Counted from the stretch's first letter, positions 21,121 through 30,661 are shown. The stretch: 64,000 bases of DNA from Oligoflexia bacterium (GCA_963758495.1 CAVWVI010000004.1:352001-416000); one strand, 5' to 3'. Made by a program: numbers and translations. The notes: generated by a model not told the origin, from the sequence alone.

Positions 21121-22356
21121 ATGGCTCATAAGCAGAGATCTTCCCTTTTTATTATTTTTACTACGGTATTAATCGATTTAATTGGATTCGGCATGGTTAT
21201 TCCTCTGATTGGACTTTACGGCCGGCATTACGGAGCAGAAGGCCTAGAGCTACCGATTTTAGGGGGGATTTACTCTTTAATGCAATTTATATTTGCCCCG
21301 TTGTGGGGTAGTATTTCAGACCGTATTGGTCGCAGACCCGTTCTACTCGTGTCCCTTGCTGGCTCCACACTCTCTTATGCAATTTTTGGATTGGCCCCTA
21401 ATTATACATGGCTTTTGATTGCACGCGCTTTTGGAGGAATTTTCGCAGCTAATATTTCTACGGCTCAAGCCTATATTGCAGATATAACGACTACGGCAGA
21501 TCGTGCTAAAGGGATGGGTCTCATTGGGGCTGCCTTTGGGATTGGCTTCACGCTAGGACCTCCCTTGGGTGGTATCGCCTCAGCTAAATTAGGACTTTGG
21601 GGACCTGGGTTGATTGCGGCTATGATTTGTGGACTCAATTTTATTTTAGCGGTATTTCGTTTGCCCGAATCCCTCCCCAGTGAGTTCCGACATAAAAACC
21701 CGGATCGCTCTTTATCTCCTCTTAATTTAAAAAAGCTAATTCAATCTATGAAGCATCGAGAGCTAGGCTTTCTTCTTCTCACTTTCTTTTTTGTGACCTT
21801 TGCATTTTCTACGATGGAACAAACCTTTTCCCTCCTATTTCAAACAAAATTTAACTTTGAAACAGGAGAGGCTGGACTTAAAACGGGATTAGTATTGATG
21901 GTCGCAGGAATTTTGGGGGCCGTGATCCAGGGAGGACTGATACGACAACTCGTACCTCGATTTGGTGAACGGAGACTTTTATTGATAGGGCTTTTTTTTA
22001 ACACGGTCACTATGGGCGTTTTTCCCTTCAGCCCTACTTACGCCCTCTATTTTTTCATTTCTATTCCTCTTGCCTTAGGGTCTGGCCTGATTAATCCCAC
22101 CTTATCTGCTTTGATTTCTAAAAGCGTGGGTGCACGAGAACAAGGAGTCACGATGGGACTCTCTCAAGGACTAGGAAGTCTAGCTCGTGCTCTCGGACCT
22201 TTCTGTGGGTTATTAACATTTGCTGTCAAGCCTCAATTGCCCTATTTAATAGCAAGTTCGATCTCCATCGGTCTGCTGATATTATGCACAAGAGTTTTTA
22301 GCACTCGACACACCTCTTCTGACCGGATAGGTGAAAACCTCCAAACTGAATCATAA
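21121..22356 (+). CDS. MFS transporter, TetA/DHA1-like
   Basis: SDRIGRRPVLL motif A, AYIADIT, GFTLGP, 12 hydrophobic segments. Confidence 0.92.
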   Translation: MAHKQRSSLFIIFTTVLIDLIGFGMVIPLIGLYGRHYGAEGLELPILGGIYSLMQFIFAPLWGSISDRIGRRPVLLVSLAGSTLSYAIFGLAPNYTWLLIARAFGGIFAANISTAQAYIADITTTADRAKGMGLIGAAFGIGFTLGPPLGGIASAKLGLWGPGLIAAMICGLNFILAVFRLPESLPSEFRHKNPDRSLSPLNLKKLIQSMKHRELGFLLLTFFFVTFAFSTMEQTFSLLFQTKFNFETGEAGLKTGLVLMVAGILGAVIQGGLIRQLVPRFGERRLLLIGLFFNTVTMGVFPFSPTYALYFFISIPLALGSGLINPTLSALISKSVGAREQGVTMGLSQGLGSLARALGPFCGLLTFAVKPQLPYLIASSISIGLLILCTRVFSTRHTSSDRIGENLQTES

Positions 22357-22370
22357 CGGAAATCTCAATT

Positions 22371-23444
22371 ATGCTTCCACGAGTTCTCATCTTATACACC
22401 GGCGGAACTTTCGGGATGGACCTTCATCCAAACCCGAGGACTCATCTAAAAAGCATCCAAAAAAATAGAGTGACACTCGCAGTTCCCAATCTTTCTCCAC
22501 CTCTTCTAAGAAAACGACTTCTCGATCAAGTACCTGAACTCCAACGCATTGCAAAATGTGATGTAGATGTTCTTTTAAATCGAGATAGTGCCCATATTGG
22601 ACCCAAGGAATGGTTACTTTTTTCAAAAAAAATTCAGCATGATTGGGATCGCTATGATGGATTTGTTCTTCTTCACGGAACAGATACACTCGCCTATACC
22701 GCAAGTGCGCTGTCTTTCTTATTACGACCCTGTTTAAAACCCGTAGTACTCACAGGAGCGCAAAGACCTTTATCAGCATTACGTACGGATGCTCGTACAA
22801 ATCTCATTTCGGCAGTGGAGATCGCAGCTCATGGCCCTAGAAAAATAGTGAATCAGGTCACTGTCTTTTTTGGCGATAAACTTTTTCAAGGCAACCGAGT
22901 GAGGAAGATCAGCGCGAATGATTTTGCCGCATTTGTCAGTCCTCATTGCTCTCCGCTTGCCATCGTGGGTACCACCATTCGATACTCTGATTTTTCTTCA
23001 AAAACTTCGTCCCGCCGAGTTCAGAAATACAAACCCAGGTTTAGCGAACGGATCATGGTGGCTCACGTCACTCCCGCTTTTCCCTCAAAAAGTATTTCAA
23101 AAGCCTTACTTCCCTATCTTGATGGACTTGTTTTGATTGTTTTTCACTCAGGCACAGCCCCCACTCACGACCCTGCATTTCGAGATTTTCTTCGTGCTGC
23201 TCAGGACAAAAAGCTCCCCATCACGATAGCCACCGAGGGAAGCACTCAACCCCCTATTACCCAGGCCCAAGCCATGCACTATGCTGCTGGGTCAGAACTC
23301 ATTTCTCATGGAGCTTTATGGGCAGGGTCTATGACCCCCGAGTGCACATTTGTAAAAACTTCTTTTCTATTGGCACAGTCTCCCGACTTAAAAACATTTT
23401 CTCGTCTTTGGAAAAATGAATTTGCAGGCGAAGGCAGCCGCTAA
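22371..23444 (+). CDS. ansA: Type I (cytoplasmic) L-asparaginase
   Basis: YTGGTFGM, HGTDTLAY, VLTGAQRP, GNRVRK. Confidence 0.88.
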   Translation: MLPRVLILYTGGTFGMDLHPNPRTHLKSIQKNRVTLAVPNLSPPLLRKRLLDQVPELQRIAKCDVDVLLNRDSAHIGPKEWLLFSKKIQHDWDRYDGFVLLHGTDTLAYTASALSFLLRPCLKPVVLTGAQRPLSALRTDARTNLISAVEIAAHGPRKIVNQVTVFFGDKLFQGNRVRKISANDFAAFVSPHCSPLAIVGTTIRYSDFSSKTSSRRVQKYKPRFSERIMVAHVTPAFPSKSISKALLPYLDGLVLIVFHSGTAPTHDPAFRDFLRAAQDKKLPITIATEGSTQPPITQAQAMHYAAGSELISHGALWAGSMTPECTFVKTSFLLAQSPDLKTFSRLWKNEFAGEGSR

Positions 23445-23485
23445 AAGCGGTTCCTTGCTTTAGGGTTGTTAACAAGCACTGTAGG
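23445..23485 (+). repeat. Degenerate REP-like GTAAG family element
   Basis: AAGCGGTTCCTTGCTTTAGGGTTGTTAACAAGCACTGTAGG resembles the 6123-6156 and 55197-55235 copies; contains the PPTase stop codon. Confidence 0.6.
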
Positions 23486-24056
23486 TATGCGCTAAAGAAA
23501 TGAGCCAGGAATCTACTTTGAGCAGTTTGAACTTACAATGCCACACATTCCCTTGAGAACTTGGGGGAAGCTGAATTTTCCCAGTTCTTGTTTTCTCATC
23601 CCAAGACCGAACGAGATATTGCGGCAAATAAGTACGATGATTTTGAGGATTGGATTTAAATGCCGCTTCTTTAATTACCCAAAACTCCAAAACACTTAAT
23701 CTTATTTTTTGCTCTGAGGCAGAAATCAATCGAGACCCGAGTTTTGCATGAACCTTCCTCTGCTCACTCTCCAAATCTACGCCTATATTTTGGTCACTCC
23801 CAATCACAATCATCCAATTTCCATCCTGAGTATGAGTATGAGAGAGACTCGTAATCACAGAAGCCTCACTCAAGCCTTGGTTCACTAACTTCTCGCGAAC
23901 TCTTGACTCAAGTTGTCGAGACTGACTCCGCTCAGACAGTCTCCTTGCTTCATGACTCTCTTTTACTTCTAATGCTTTTCGAAACAAGAGTGAGGATGTC
24001 CGCCCTCTTAAGAGACTTCTCAACTCTTCATTTATTTTCTTTTCGATGAGTTCCAT
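23469..24056 (-). CDS. 4'-phosphopantetheinyl transferase (Sfp/EntD-like)
   Basis: SLSHT, IGVDLE and FWVIKEAAFK signature motifs. Confidence 0.8.
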   Translation of the reverse strand: MELIEKKINEELRSLLRGRTSSLLFRKALEVKESHEARRLSERSQSRQLESRVREKLVNQGLSEASVITSLSHTHTQDGNWMIVIGSDQNIGVDLESEQRKVHAKLGSRLISASEQKIRLSVLEFWVIKEAAFKSNPQNHRTYLPQYLVRSWDEKTRTGKIQLPPSSQGNVWHCKFKLLKVDSWLISLAHTYSAC

Positions 24057-24475
24057 TTAATTTTTACATCCCTCTCCCTGAAAAAATAGGTGATGACTCA
24101 AGTTTCTGACATAGGCTAGCATTAAAATTGCAGGTTTTAGCATATTTTAAATGAAGCCAAACTTTAAGTGAGGAAAAAAGTTTTTATAAATCGAACAGCA
24201 TCAAAAACATTCTATTAATCACCATCAAGCAATCTGAAAGAAAGGAAACGAGTTCTGCATAAAGAAAAGCTTAACATAAAAAAAGGGGCAGATTTTTCAC
24301 AAACTTTTCAATCGAATCAGGATGCTGCACATATCGAGGGGAAGGCACAACTGATTTGGACATTGATTGTAGCGATCACTATTGCATTAGTCACTTTGCA
24401 ACAATACTTGCAAATCACATGATAAACTAAGAGCGCTGGTTGAGAAAAAGGGAAACTCATGCGATGTATAACAGC

Positions 24476-24913
24476 ATGAGCAAATCCTATTGGTTACTCA
24501 AAACCGAGCCTAGTACCTATAGTTTTCAGCAACTCCTCAAAGATAAACGAACTCACTGGAATGGTGTTCGAAATTTCCAAGCCCGGAATTATTTAAAAAC
24601 CTTTGCCAAAGGGGATATTGCTTTCATCTATCACAGTGGTGATGAAAGAGCAGTAGTAGGAATAGCGAAGGTAGTCGCGAACCCTTACCCAGATCCCGAC
24701 CCAAAAAAACCAGGAGAATGGGTGCAAGTGGATTTAGAACCGACTCAGGCCTTAAAGCAACCGATTAGTCTTGCTGAAATTAAAGCTCATCCTGACTTAA
24801 TTGATGTCCCTCTCATCAAACAATCTCGTCTGTCTGTCCTGCCCATCACTGCCCATCATTATGAAACCATTCTAAAATTAAGCCGATCCCGAGAAAAGAA
24901 GTTTGAGCCATGA
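24476..24913 (+). CDS. EVE domain protein
   Basis: YWLLKTEP, WNGVRNFQARN, FIYHS, SRLSV; start moved to ATG 24476. Confidence 0.93.
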   Translation: MSKSYWLLKTEPSTYSFQQLLKDKRTHWNGVRNFQARNYLKTFAKGDIAFIYHSGDERAVVGIAKVVANPYPDPDPKKPGEWVQVDLEPTQALKQPISLAEIKAHPDLIDVPLIKQSRLSVLPITAHHYETILKLSRSREKKFEP

Positions 24914-25407
24914 ATTGGGAACCCTTTTACGTCGCACAAACGGGTAAAAAACCAGATGCAATTCGCCCCTTGAACACTTTCGATGGAATGGGCGATCGAC
25001 TTCGATGCGCTGCTTTTGCAGAAATTCAGGCTCGAGAAGCCTTTCTCTGGGCAGCCTCTCACTTTAGAGACACCTCTGAAGAACTCAAAAGAGCGTGGAC
25101 CACTCTTGCACATGCAGAACAACGCCATCTTGACTGGCTTCTCGCAAGAATGACTACACTCAAAATCGACGTCAAAGCGAGATGCGTCTCGGATCAACTT
25201 TGGGTCTCACTCATCTCGTGCACCTCTGCACGTGAGTTTGCCCTCTACATGGCGAGTGCGGAAGAAAGAGGACGCAAAGCAGGAATTCGATTTCATGAGG
25301 CTCTTCGCAGCACCGACTCGATTACCGCTGACATTTTTGGCAAAATTGCCGAAGAAGAGATCTCACATATTGCTCTAGCCCACCGGTATTTTCCAGCAGG
25401 CGTGTGA
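24910..25407 (+). CDS. Ferritin-like di-iron protein (DUF455-like)
   Basis: AEIQA, EQRH and EEISH ExxH motifs; ATGA overlap with the EVE gene. Confidence 0.75.
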   Translation: MNWEPFYVAQTGKKPDAIRPLNTFDGMGDRLRCAAFAEIQAREAFLWAASHFRDTSEELKRAWTTLAHAEQRHLDWLLARMTTLKIDVKARCVSDQLWVSLISCTSAREFALYMASAEERGRKAGIRFHEALRSTDSITADIFGKIAEEEISHIALAHRYFPAGV

Positions 25408-25425
25408 TTTGCATTCATTTTCGAC

Positions 25426-25483
25426 GTGGAACAGGGTTCCATACCGTGGCCCGGAGGTTTAACAGGTTCGCCCTTTGGGCCAC
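25426..25483 (+). terminator. Tandem hairpins between convergent genes (probable terminator)
   Basis: GTGGAAC/GTTCCAT stem, then GTGGCCCGGAGG/CCTTTGGGCCAC stem with G-U pairs on the + strand. Confidence 0.45.
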
Positions 25484-25498
25484 ATTTAGATTGATTGA

Positions 25499-25945
25499 CT
25501 ACTTTCCTGAACTCCCAAATCCTTTCAAACCACGCTGAGTTTCATCCAAGGATGTAACCTCTACAACTGCGGGTGTCGCCACAGGAAAAATCAAAAGTTG
25601 AGCTATTCTTTCTCCACGGTGAAGTTGAATCGGGTCTGCAGATAGATTCCAGAGTAAAATATGAATTTCTCCCCGATACCCTGCATCGATAATTCCGCCA
25701 GCAGTCTTGACCCCTCTTTTAGCCAAAGAGGATCGATCAGCCACCAAACCCACATGACCTGCTGGGAGTGCTAAGGCAATCCCTGTTTTTGCAGTCTTGC
25801 CTTGCCCTGGAATTAAAAGAATATCCTCAAGACCGTAAAGATCTAATCCGGCATCATCTGGATGGGCACGGGTAGGCAATACAGCATCGGGAGAGACTCG
25901 TAGTATATCTATAGATTTTGCGTTATTGTCCTGTGTTAACTTCAT
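25499..25945 (-). CDS. dut: dUTP diphosphatase
   Basis: AGLDL, RSSLA, GIIDAGYRGEI, RIAQL, RGLKGFGSSG motifs I-V. Confidence 0.96.
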   Translation of the reverse strand: MKLTQDNNAKSIDILRVSPDAVLPTRAHPDDAGLDLYGLEDILLIPGQGKTAKTGIALALPAGHVGLVADRSSLAKRGVKTAGGIIDAGYRGEIHILLWNLSADPIQLHRGERIAQLLIFPVATPAVVEVTSLDETQRGLKGFGSSGK

Positions 25946-26665
25946 ATGACATTATCTCCTAAAAAAATAAAAGTCCCACGTGCGGTTCTCTTTGATTACG
26001 ATGGGGTGCTTGTAGCGAGTGAATCTACCCATTTATTGGCTTGGATGCAACTTCTGACAACGCTTGGCCTCCCCAATGACCGAGAAACTGTGGAAAAGGG
26101 TGTCGGAAAAACTGCTCCCATCATTCTCACAGAACTTTTAAATCGTTATAAACCCGACTGGAAAGCAGCGGATTACGACGTCCATGCATTAGCCCAACAA
26201 AAGAACAACTATTATCTCTCTTATGCTCAAAACCAACTTCAAGTTTATCCAGGAGTAAAAGAAGGACTTCAATGGCTTAAGTCAAAAAAGATACCGATGG
26301 CGGTAGTTTCAAATGGCCGCAGACGGGAAATAGACGCCACCATGAAGCAGCTCGGATTATTCGACTTTTTCGATCAAATTATATCCAGAGATGATGTGAA
26401 TGCGCATAAACCTGATCCGACTCCTTATCTCTTTGCAGCAGCTTCTCTGCATGTTGAACCCCATGAGTGCATTGCTATTGAGGATTCTCCGACTGGGTTA
26501 GAAGCTGCACTTTTTGCAAAAATACCGGTTGCGGCAGTTATGACCAACTTTTCAAAAATGGAATTGACCCATCCCGTGCCGGGACGCCCCGACTTAAGCC
26601 CAGTGTGGCTCGGACATTCGATTCAGGATTTTTTTGAATGGTTGAAGAGCATTCATTTTAAATGA
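25946..26665 (+). CDS. HAD-family phosphatase (beta-PGM/CbbY-like)
   Basis: FDYDGVL, VSN, KPDP, IEDSPTG motifs. Confidence 0.92.
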   Translation: MTLSPKKIKVPRAVLFDYDGVLVASESTHLLAWMQLLTTLGLPNDRETVEKGVGKTAPIILTELLNRYKPDWKAADYDVHALAQQKNNYYLSYAQNQLQVYPGVKEGLQWLKSKKIPMAVVSNGRRREIDATMKQLGLFDFFDQIISRDDVNAHKPDPTPYLFAAASLHVEPHECIAIEDSPTGLEAALFAKIPVAAVMTNFSKMELTHPVPGRPDLSPVWLGHSIQDFFEWLKSIHFK

Positions 26666-26705
26666 GGGATTATTTCAGCCGGTATCGAGTACCCCGCCCG
26701 GCACC

Positions 26706-26788
26706 TTATCCAAAAAAATATCCAATATTATCCATTAAATCAATAATTACTGACAAAAATGGGTAATATTGGATATTATTTTGGATAA
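26706..26788. repeat. 31-bp AT-rich inverted repeat
   Basis: Arms 26706-26736 and 26758-26788 are 29/31 complementary, with a 21-bp spacer. Confidence 0.85.
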
Positions 26789-26820
26789 ACTGTCAGACTT
26801 GGACATGGTCTCAATTAATA

Positions 26821-26844
26821 GTAAGCACTAAAGGAAGTACTTAC
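26821..26844 (+). repeat. REP-like GTAAG family element, short form
   Basis: GTAAGCACTAAAGGAAGTACTTAC; 22/24 identical to 62223-62246. Confidence 0.8.
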
Positions 26845-26875
26845 ATGGATAGGTGTTTATACCTAATCTAAACTA

Positions 26876-28204
26876 TCAACTTAAAGAGGCGCCCAGCAAA
26901 TTCTTCAAATGAGAGATCATTTCACCTTCAGAAAGCTCAATTTCCTCTCCCGATTTAAAATCTTTGAGTTTAAAAACCTTGGATGACCATTCGCTTTCGC
27001 CGATAATCAAAACCCAACGGTATCCTGCATCGGAAGCGAATTTGAATTGGTTTTTAATTTTTGCACGATCTGGAAACACATCGACGTTGACTCCGGTGTT
27101 TCTCAATTCCTTTGCCAAGCCCGATAGAGCACCCCGAAGAGACTCATCAAATACAGGAATGAAAAGAGTCTTCGAATCCATTTGAGATTGAAGCTCATTT
27201 TCAGCCAATAAAAGAACCAGTCGTTCAAATCCTATACTAAAACCACAGGCAGGGACCTCTTGACTACTGAAGCGCCCCACTAATTTATCGTAGCGCCCCC
27301 CACCCCCAAATGAATATCCAGCGGAACTGTGGCGAAGCTCAAATACAGGGCCAGTGTAATATCCCATGCCTCGAACCAAAGAAGGATCGAAAACAATTTG
27401 AGATAATGGAAGATCAAGACTCTGAAGAGTGGAGATAATCGTTTTGAGATCTGCAGCAGCAGAAGGGTGAAACTCCATAGCCGAATCTAAGGTTAAATTT
27501 CCATTCACAATCGCCACTAAATCTGAAGAAATTTCATGCCCAGCAAGTGCAGCCAATTGCTCAATCAATTCTTTCGAATCGATTTTATCTTTCTTGTCGA
27601 GAATTACGGCAAACTGATCCAGCTTTCCCTCTGAAAATCCAAATTTCTCACCGAGTGCTTGAATCAATCTTCGGTCATTGATTCTCAATTCAAAGCCACT
27701 GGCTCCGACTTTTTGAACGGCAGTAACCACTGCTTGAATCACTTCAATCTCAGCCCCTATCCCTTTAGCTCCGATCACATCCACATCACATTGAATAAAC
27801 TCACGAAACCGACCCTTTTGTGGCCTCTCCGCTCTCCAAACCGGTCCAATGTGAAAAACTTTCCATGGAAATTGGATCTGCCCTCGATGCAAAGCAACGA
27901 CTCGCGACAAAGGAAGCGTCAGATCAAATCGCAATCCAAATTCCGCGATTTGATTTTCATCTTGAGTTCGAAGAGCTTCTTCTAGCTTTCCGCCTCGCTT
28001 TAAAATTTTAAATATCAGCTTCTCATTCTCATCTCCGCCCCCACTCCCGAGGAGTACATCTAGATTTTCAACCACAGGGGTTTCCAAAGGCATGAAACCA
28101 AAGGATTCATAGACGTTCGAAATGAGATTGATTAATTTAAGACGCCGGCGGGCATCATGATTGATAAAGTCTCTAAAACCAGAAGGTGCATTTAAAGAAG
28201 CCAT
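26876..28204 (-). CDS. hisS: Histidine--tRNA ligase
   Basis: LRFDLT, WRAERPQKGRFREFIQCD, LVRGMGYYTG, GGGRYD. Confidence 0.97.
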   Translation of the reverse strand: MASLNAPSGFRDFINHDARRRLKLINLISNVYESFGFMPLETPVVENLDVLLGSGGGDENEKLIFKILKRGGKLEEALRTQDENQIAEFGLRFDLTLPLSRVVALHRGQIQFPWKVFHIGPVWRAERPQKGRFREFIQCDVDVIGAKGIGAEIEVIQAVVTAVQKVGASGFELRINDRRLIQALGEKFGFSEGKLDQFAVILDKKDKIDSKELIEQLAALAGHEISSDLVAIVNGNLTLDSAMEFHPSAAADLKTIISTLQSLDLPLSQIVFDPSLVRGMGYYTGPVFELRHSSAGYSFGGGGRYDKLVGRFSSQEVPACGFSIGFERLVLLLAENELQSQMDSKTLFIPVFDESLRGALSGLAKELRNTGVNVDVFPDRAKIKNQFKFASDAGYRWVLIIGESEWSSKVFKLKDFKSGEEIELSEGEMISHLKNLLGASLS

Positions 28205-28339
28205 TTGACGCGAACATTACTTCAAAACGAGGACCTAATGCAACTGTCGTTCATAATCCAAGACAGCTTAATTGACATTTTCTTCAGTTTTGATACCTCT
28301 TGAGAAACGAGATTTATCGATAAAATAAGGAGATTCGGC

Positions 28340-29278
28340 ATGGCACAGCATCATACAAAAATCGCTGACTTAGGATTTAACCATGATCTTTTCATCATGC
28401 CATTTGATCATCGAGGATCCTTTCAAGAGAAGCTTTTTGGAATTAAAGGCCGTGCCCCTACTGCTGAAGAAACCCGTGAGATTGCCAGCTATAAAAAGCT
28501 CATTTATGAAGGCTTCAAAAAAGCAGTTGCAGCCGGTGTCCCAAAAGACAAAGCAGGCATTTTGGTCGATGAGCAGTTTGGATCAGAAATCCTAAAAGAC
28601 GCTCAGAAAAATGGCTTTATGACCGCATGCCCCGCAGAAAAGTCTGGCCAAGATGAGTTTGATTTTGAATATGGTGCTGAATTTGGTGCGCATATTAATA
28701 AATTCTCTCCTACTTTTGTAAAAGTTTTAGTTCGCTTTAATCCTCAAGCCGACGCTGTAATGAATCATCGACAAGCAAAGCGCCTTAAAGAGCTATCGGA
28801 TTATTGCCATAACCATCACAATAAGTTCATGTTTGAGCTTCTTGTTCCTGCCACAAAAGAGCAATTAGCGACTTGTGGTGGAGACACCGCGCGCTACGAC
28901 CGAGAACTTCGCCCTGCCCTCATGGGTCAAGCGATGCAACAGCTCCAAGAGGCCGGCGTAGAACCCGATGTTTGGAAATTAGAAGGAATTGAAACTTCAG
29001 AAGACTCACACAAGGTAGCTACACAAGCTCGCGTCCAAGGTCGCGATCAGGTGGGAGTCATTGTCCTGGGTCGCGGTGAAAATGCCGAAAAAGTGAAACA
29101 TTGGCTCAGCACTGCAGCACGAGTTCCTGGACTCATCGGATTTGCAGTAGGTCGCACTATTTTCTGGGAACCGCTCAAAGGCGTCAAAGACGGAAAGCAC
29201 TCCCGAGAAGAAGCCATTGATCAAATCGCAAAGAACTACAAAGGGTTTTGTGATCTCTGGATTCAGGCGCGACATTAA
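28340..29278 (+). CDS. Stand-alone DUF2090 / IolC-C-terminal-type TIM-barrel aldolase
   Basis: PFDHR, GILVDEQFG, KVLV, FELLVP, PDVWKLEG (Schiff-base Lys), VLGRG, GFAVGRTIF. Confidence 0.8.
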   Translation: MAQHHTKIADLGFNHDLFIMPFDHRGSFQEKLFGIKGRAPTAEETREIASYKKLIYEGFKKAVAAGVPKDKAGILVDEQFGSEILKDAQKNGFMTACPAEKSGQDEFDFEYGAEFGAHINKFSPTFVKVLVRFNPQADAVMNHRQAKRLKELSDYCHNHHNKFMFELLVPATKEQLATCGGDTARYDRELRPALMGQAMQQLQEAGVEPDVWKLEGIETSEDSHKVATQARVQGRDQVGVIVLGRGENAEKVKHWLSTAARVPGLIGFAVGRTIFWEPLKGVKDGKHSREEAIDQIAKNYKGFCDLWIQARH

Positions 29279-29328
29279 CTCAGTGATGGGATAGGGAGTC
29301 GTGGCCTTCAAATATCCTGAAATAGAGA

Positions 29329-29351
29329 GGCTACCCACCTATAGGGTAGCC
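29329..29351. terminator. Hairpin between convergent genes
   Basis: GGCTACCC-ACCTATA-GGGTAGCC perfect 8-bp stem. Confidence 0.6.
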
Positions 29352-29359
29352 AGTGGGCT

Positions 29360-30658
29360 TCATGTATTCGGTGGCTTAACTAAACTCAACGGATTCAAAA
29401 AAAACTTCCAAGCTGGGATCACCTGAATTTGAACCGAATCTATGTTGAATAGGTCTTCCTCGTCCCATGTAATCAGGTACGCTGATTTTACTTTATAGCG
29501 CTGGGCCGCCTTAATGAGGGATCGGATTTCTCGGTCTCGCGTGCTCTCACTTTGGATGGTGTAACAAACTTGAATCAGAGTCTGAAGTTTTCGATTATGC
29601 GTGAGACAAAAATCCACATCAATCCCATCTTCCTTCAGATAATAAACTTGCGTAGTATTTCTTCGCAGATGAAGGAAGACTAGAGTTTCTAATTTCATTC
29701 CCAGATCATCCGTTGGCCTGGTACTCAGAGCAGACCACAAGCCTAGATCAGAAATGTAAAATTTCCGAGGACGAGTGGATCGCTCCTTGAGCTTATGAGA
29801 ATAGGCGTGAACTTCGAAAAATAGATAAACTTCTTTTAGATACTCGAAGTAGTTTCTTACTGTATTCGTGCTCTTAATATCGAAAGCTTTCTGAAGTTTT
29901 CCCAGACTGGCAAAACTCCCCGATTGTTGAGCCAGGTACAAGGCAAGCTCTTTGAGAATGCGAGTGCTTCGAAGTTTGTACCGTTGTGCAATATCTCGAG
30001 TGATGATTTTATCAAAGAGTTCTCTCAAATAAGACCCTTGAGGCTCTCCCAGAACCACCTCTGGAAATCCTCCGAGTTCGAAATAAGATTGAAACTGTCC
30101 ACGAAGTAGAGCTATTTGTTCGGTGATCAGGCCCTTTGTATTTGGAACCGAGATCGATCGAAATTCTAAAAACTCTCGAAAAGAAAGGGGCATCAATTCC
30201 AGAGAAAGATGACGACCCGTAAGATGAGTCGCTAGTTCTTGGCTCAAAAGCTTTCCGTTACTTCCCGTGATCAAGATATTGATCTTCTTTCTCTGAAGAC
30301 GATTTACAAAGAGCTCCCAGGCTTTGATATTCTGAATTTCATCAAAAATTAAAATTTGAGACTCAGGCTGAAGTTCCAACAAAGCTTCATAAACCGTGTT
30401 TAAGTCAGTTGTATCCAGTCCCGTCAAACGCTCATCATCAAAATTAACAAACGAAAATGGGGTCTCCGCCGGAATCGAACCTAAACAGAGCGTGGACTTG
30501 CCAGATCGGCGAATCCCCATGACGACTTTAACCAGGCCAGAGGATTTAAGAAGGCTTTGAAGTTCTGGGCTTTTTTCTCTTGAGTGCCAGGAAGCTTTCA
30601 ACTTTTTAACTTCAACCTGCTGATCTAAAATGACTTTTTTAATTTCTTGCGACTGCAT
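29360..30658 (-). CDS. AAA_14 + DUF4143 ATPase
   Basis: GIRRSGKST, FDEIQN, ITGSN, GGFPE, KFYISDLG, ETLVF, VDF...IQV C-terminal nuclease-like region. Confidence 0.9.
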   Translation of the reverse strand: MQSQEIKKVILDQQVEVKKLKASWHSREKSPELQSLLKSSGLVKVVMGIRRSGKSTLCLGSIPAETPFSFVNFDDERLTGLDTTDLNTVYEALLELQPESQILIFDEIQNIKAWELFVNRLQRKKINILITGSNGKLLSQELATHLTGRHLSLELMPLSFREFLEFRSISVPNTKGLITEQIALLRGQFQSYFELGGFPEVVLGEPQGSYLRELFDKIITRDIAQRYKLRSTRILKELALYLAQQSGSFASLGKLQKAFDIKSTNTVRNYFEYLKEVYLFFEVHAYSHKLKERSTRPRKFYISDLGLWSALSTRPTDDLGMKLETLVFLHLRRNTTQVYYLKEDGIDVDFCLTHNRKLQTLIQVCYTIQSESTRDREIRSLIKAAQRYKVKSAYLITWDEEDLFNIDSVQIQVIPAWKFFLNPLSLVKPPNT

Positions 30659-30661
30659 TCT

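Noticed and set aside
24117..24132. sigma-54 promoter-like TAGCAT-TAAAA-TTGCA
   Set aside because: The invariant GG at -24 is missing.
25426..25483. Riboswitch or SRP RNA
   Set aside because: Lies between two 3' ends and lacks the conserved motifs of SRP or c-di-GMP aptamers; treated as terminator-like hairpins.
26706..26788. Replication origin (TTATCCAAA DnaA-box-like words)
   Set aside because: No perfect TTATCCACA boxes, no dnaA/gidA context, and the words are explained by the inverted repeat.
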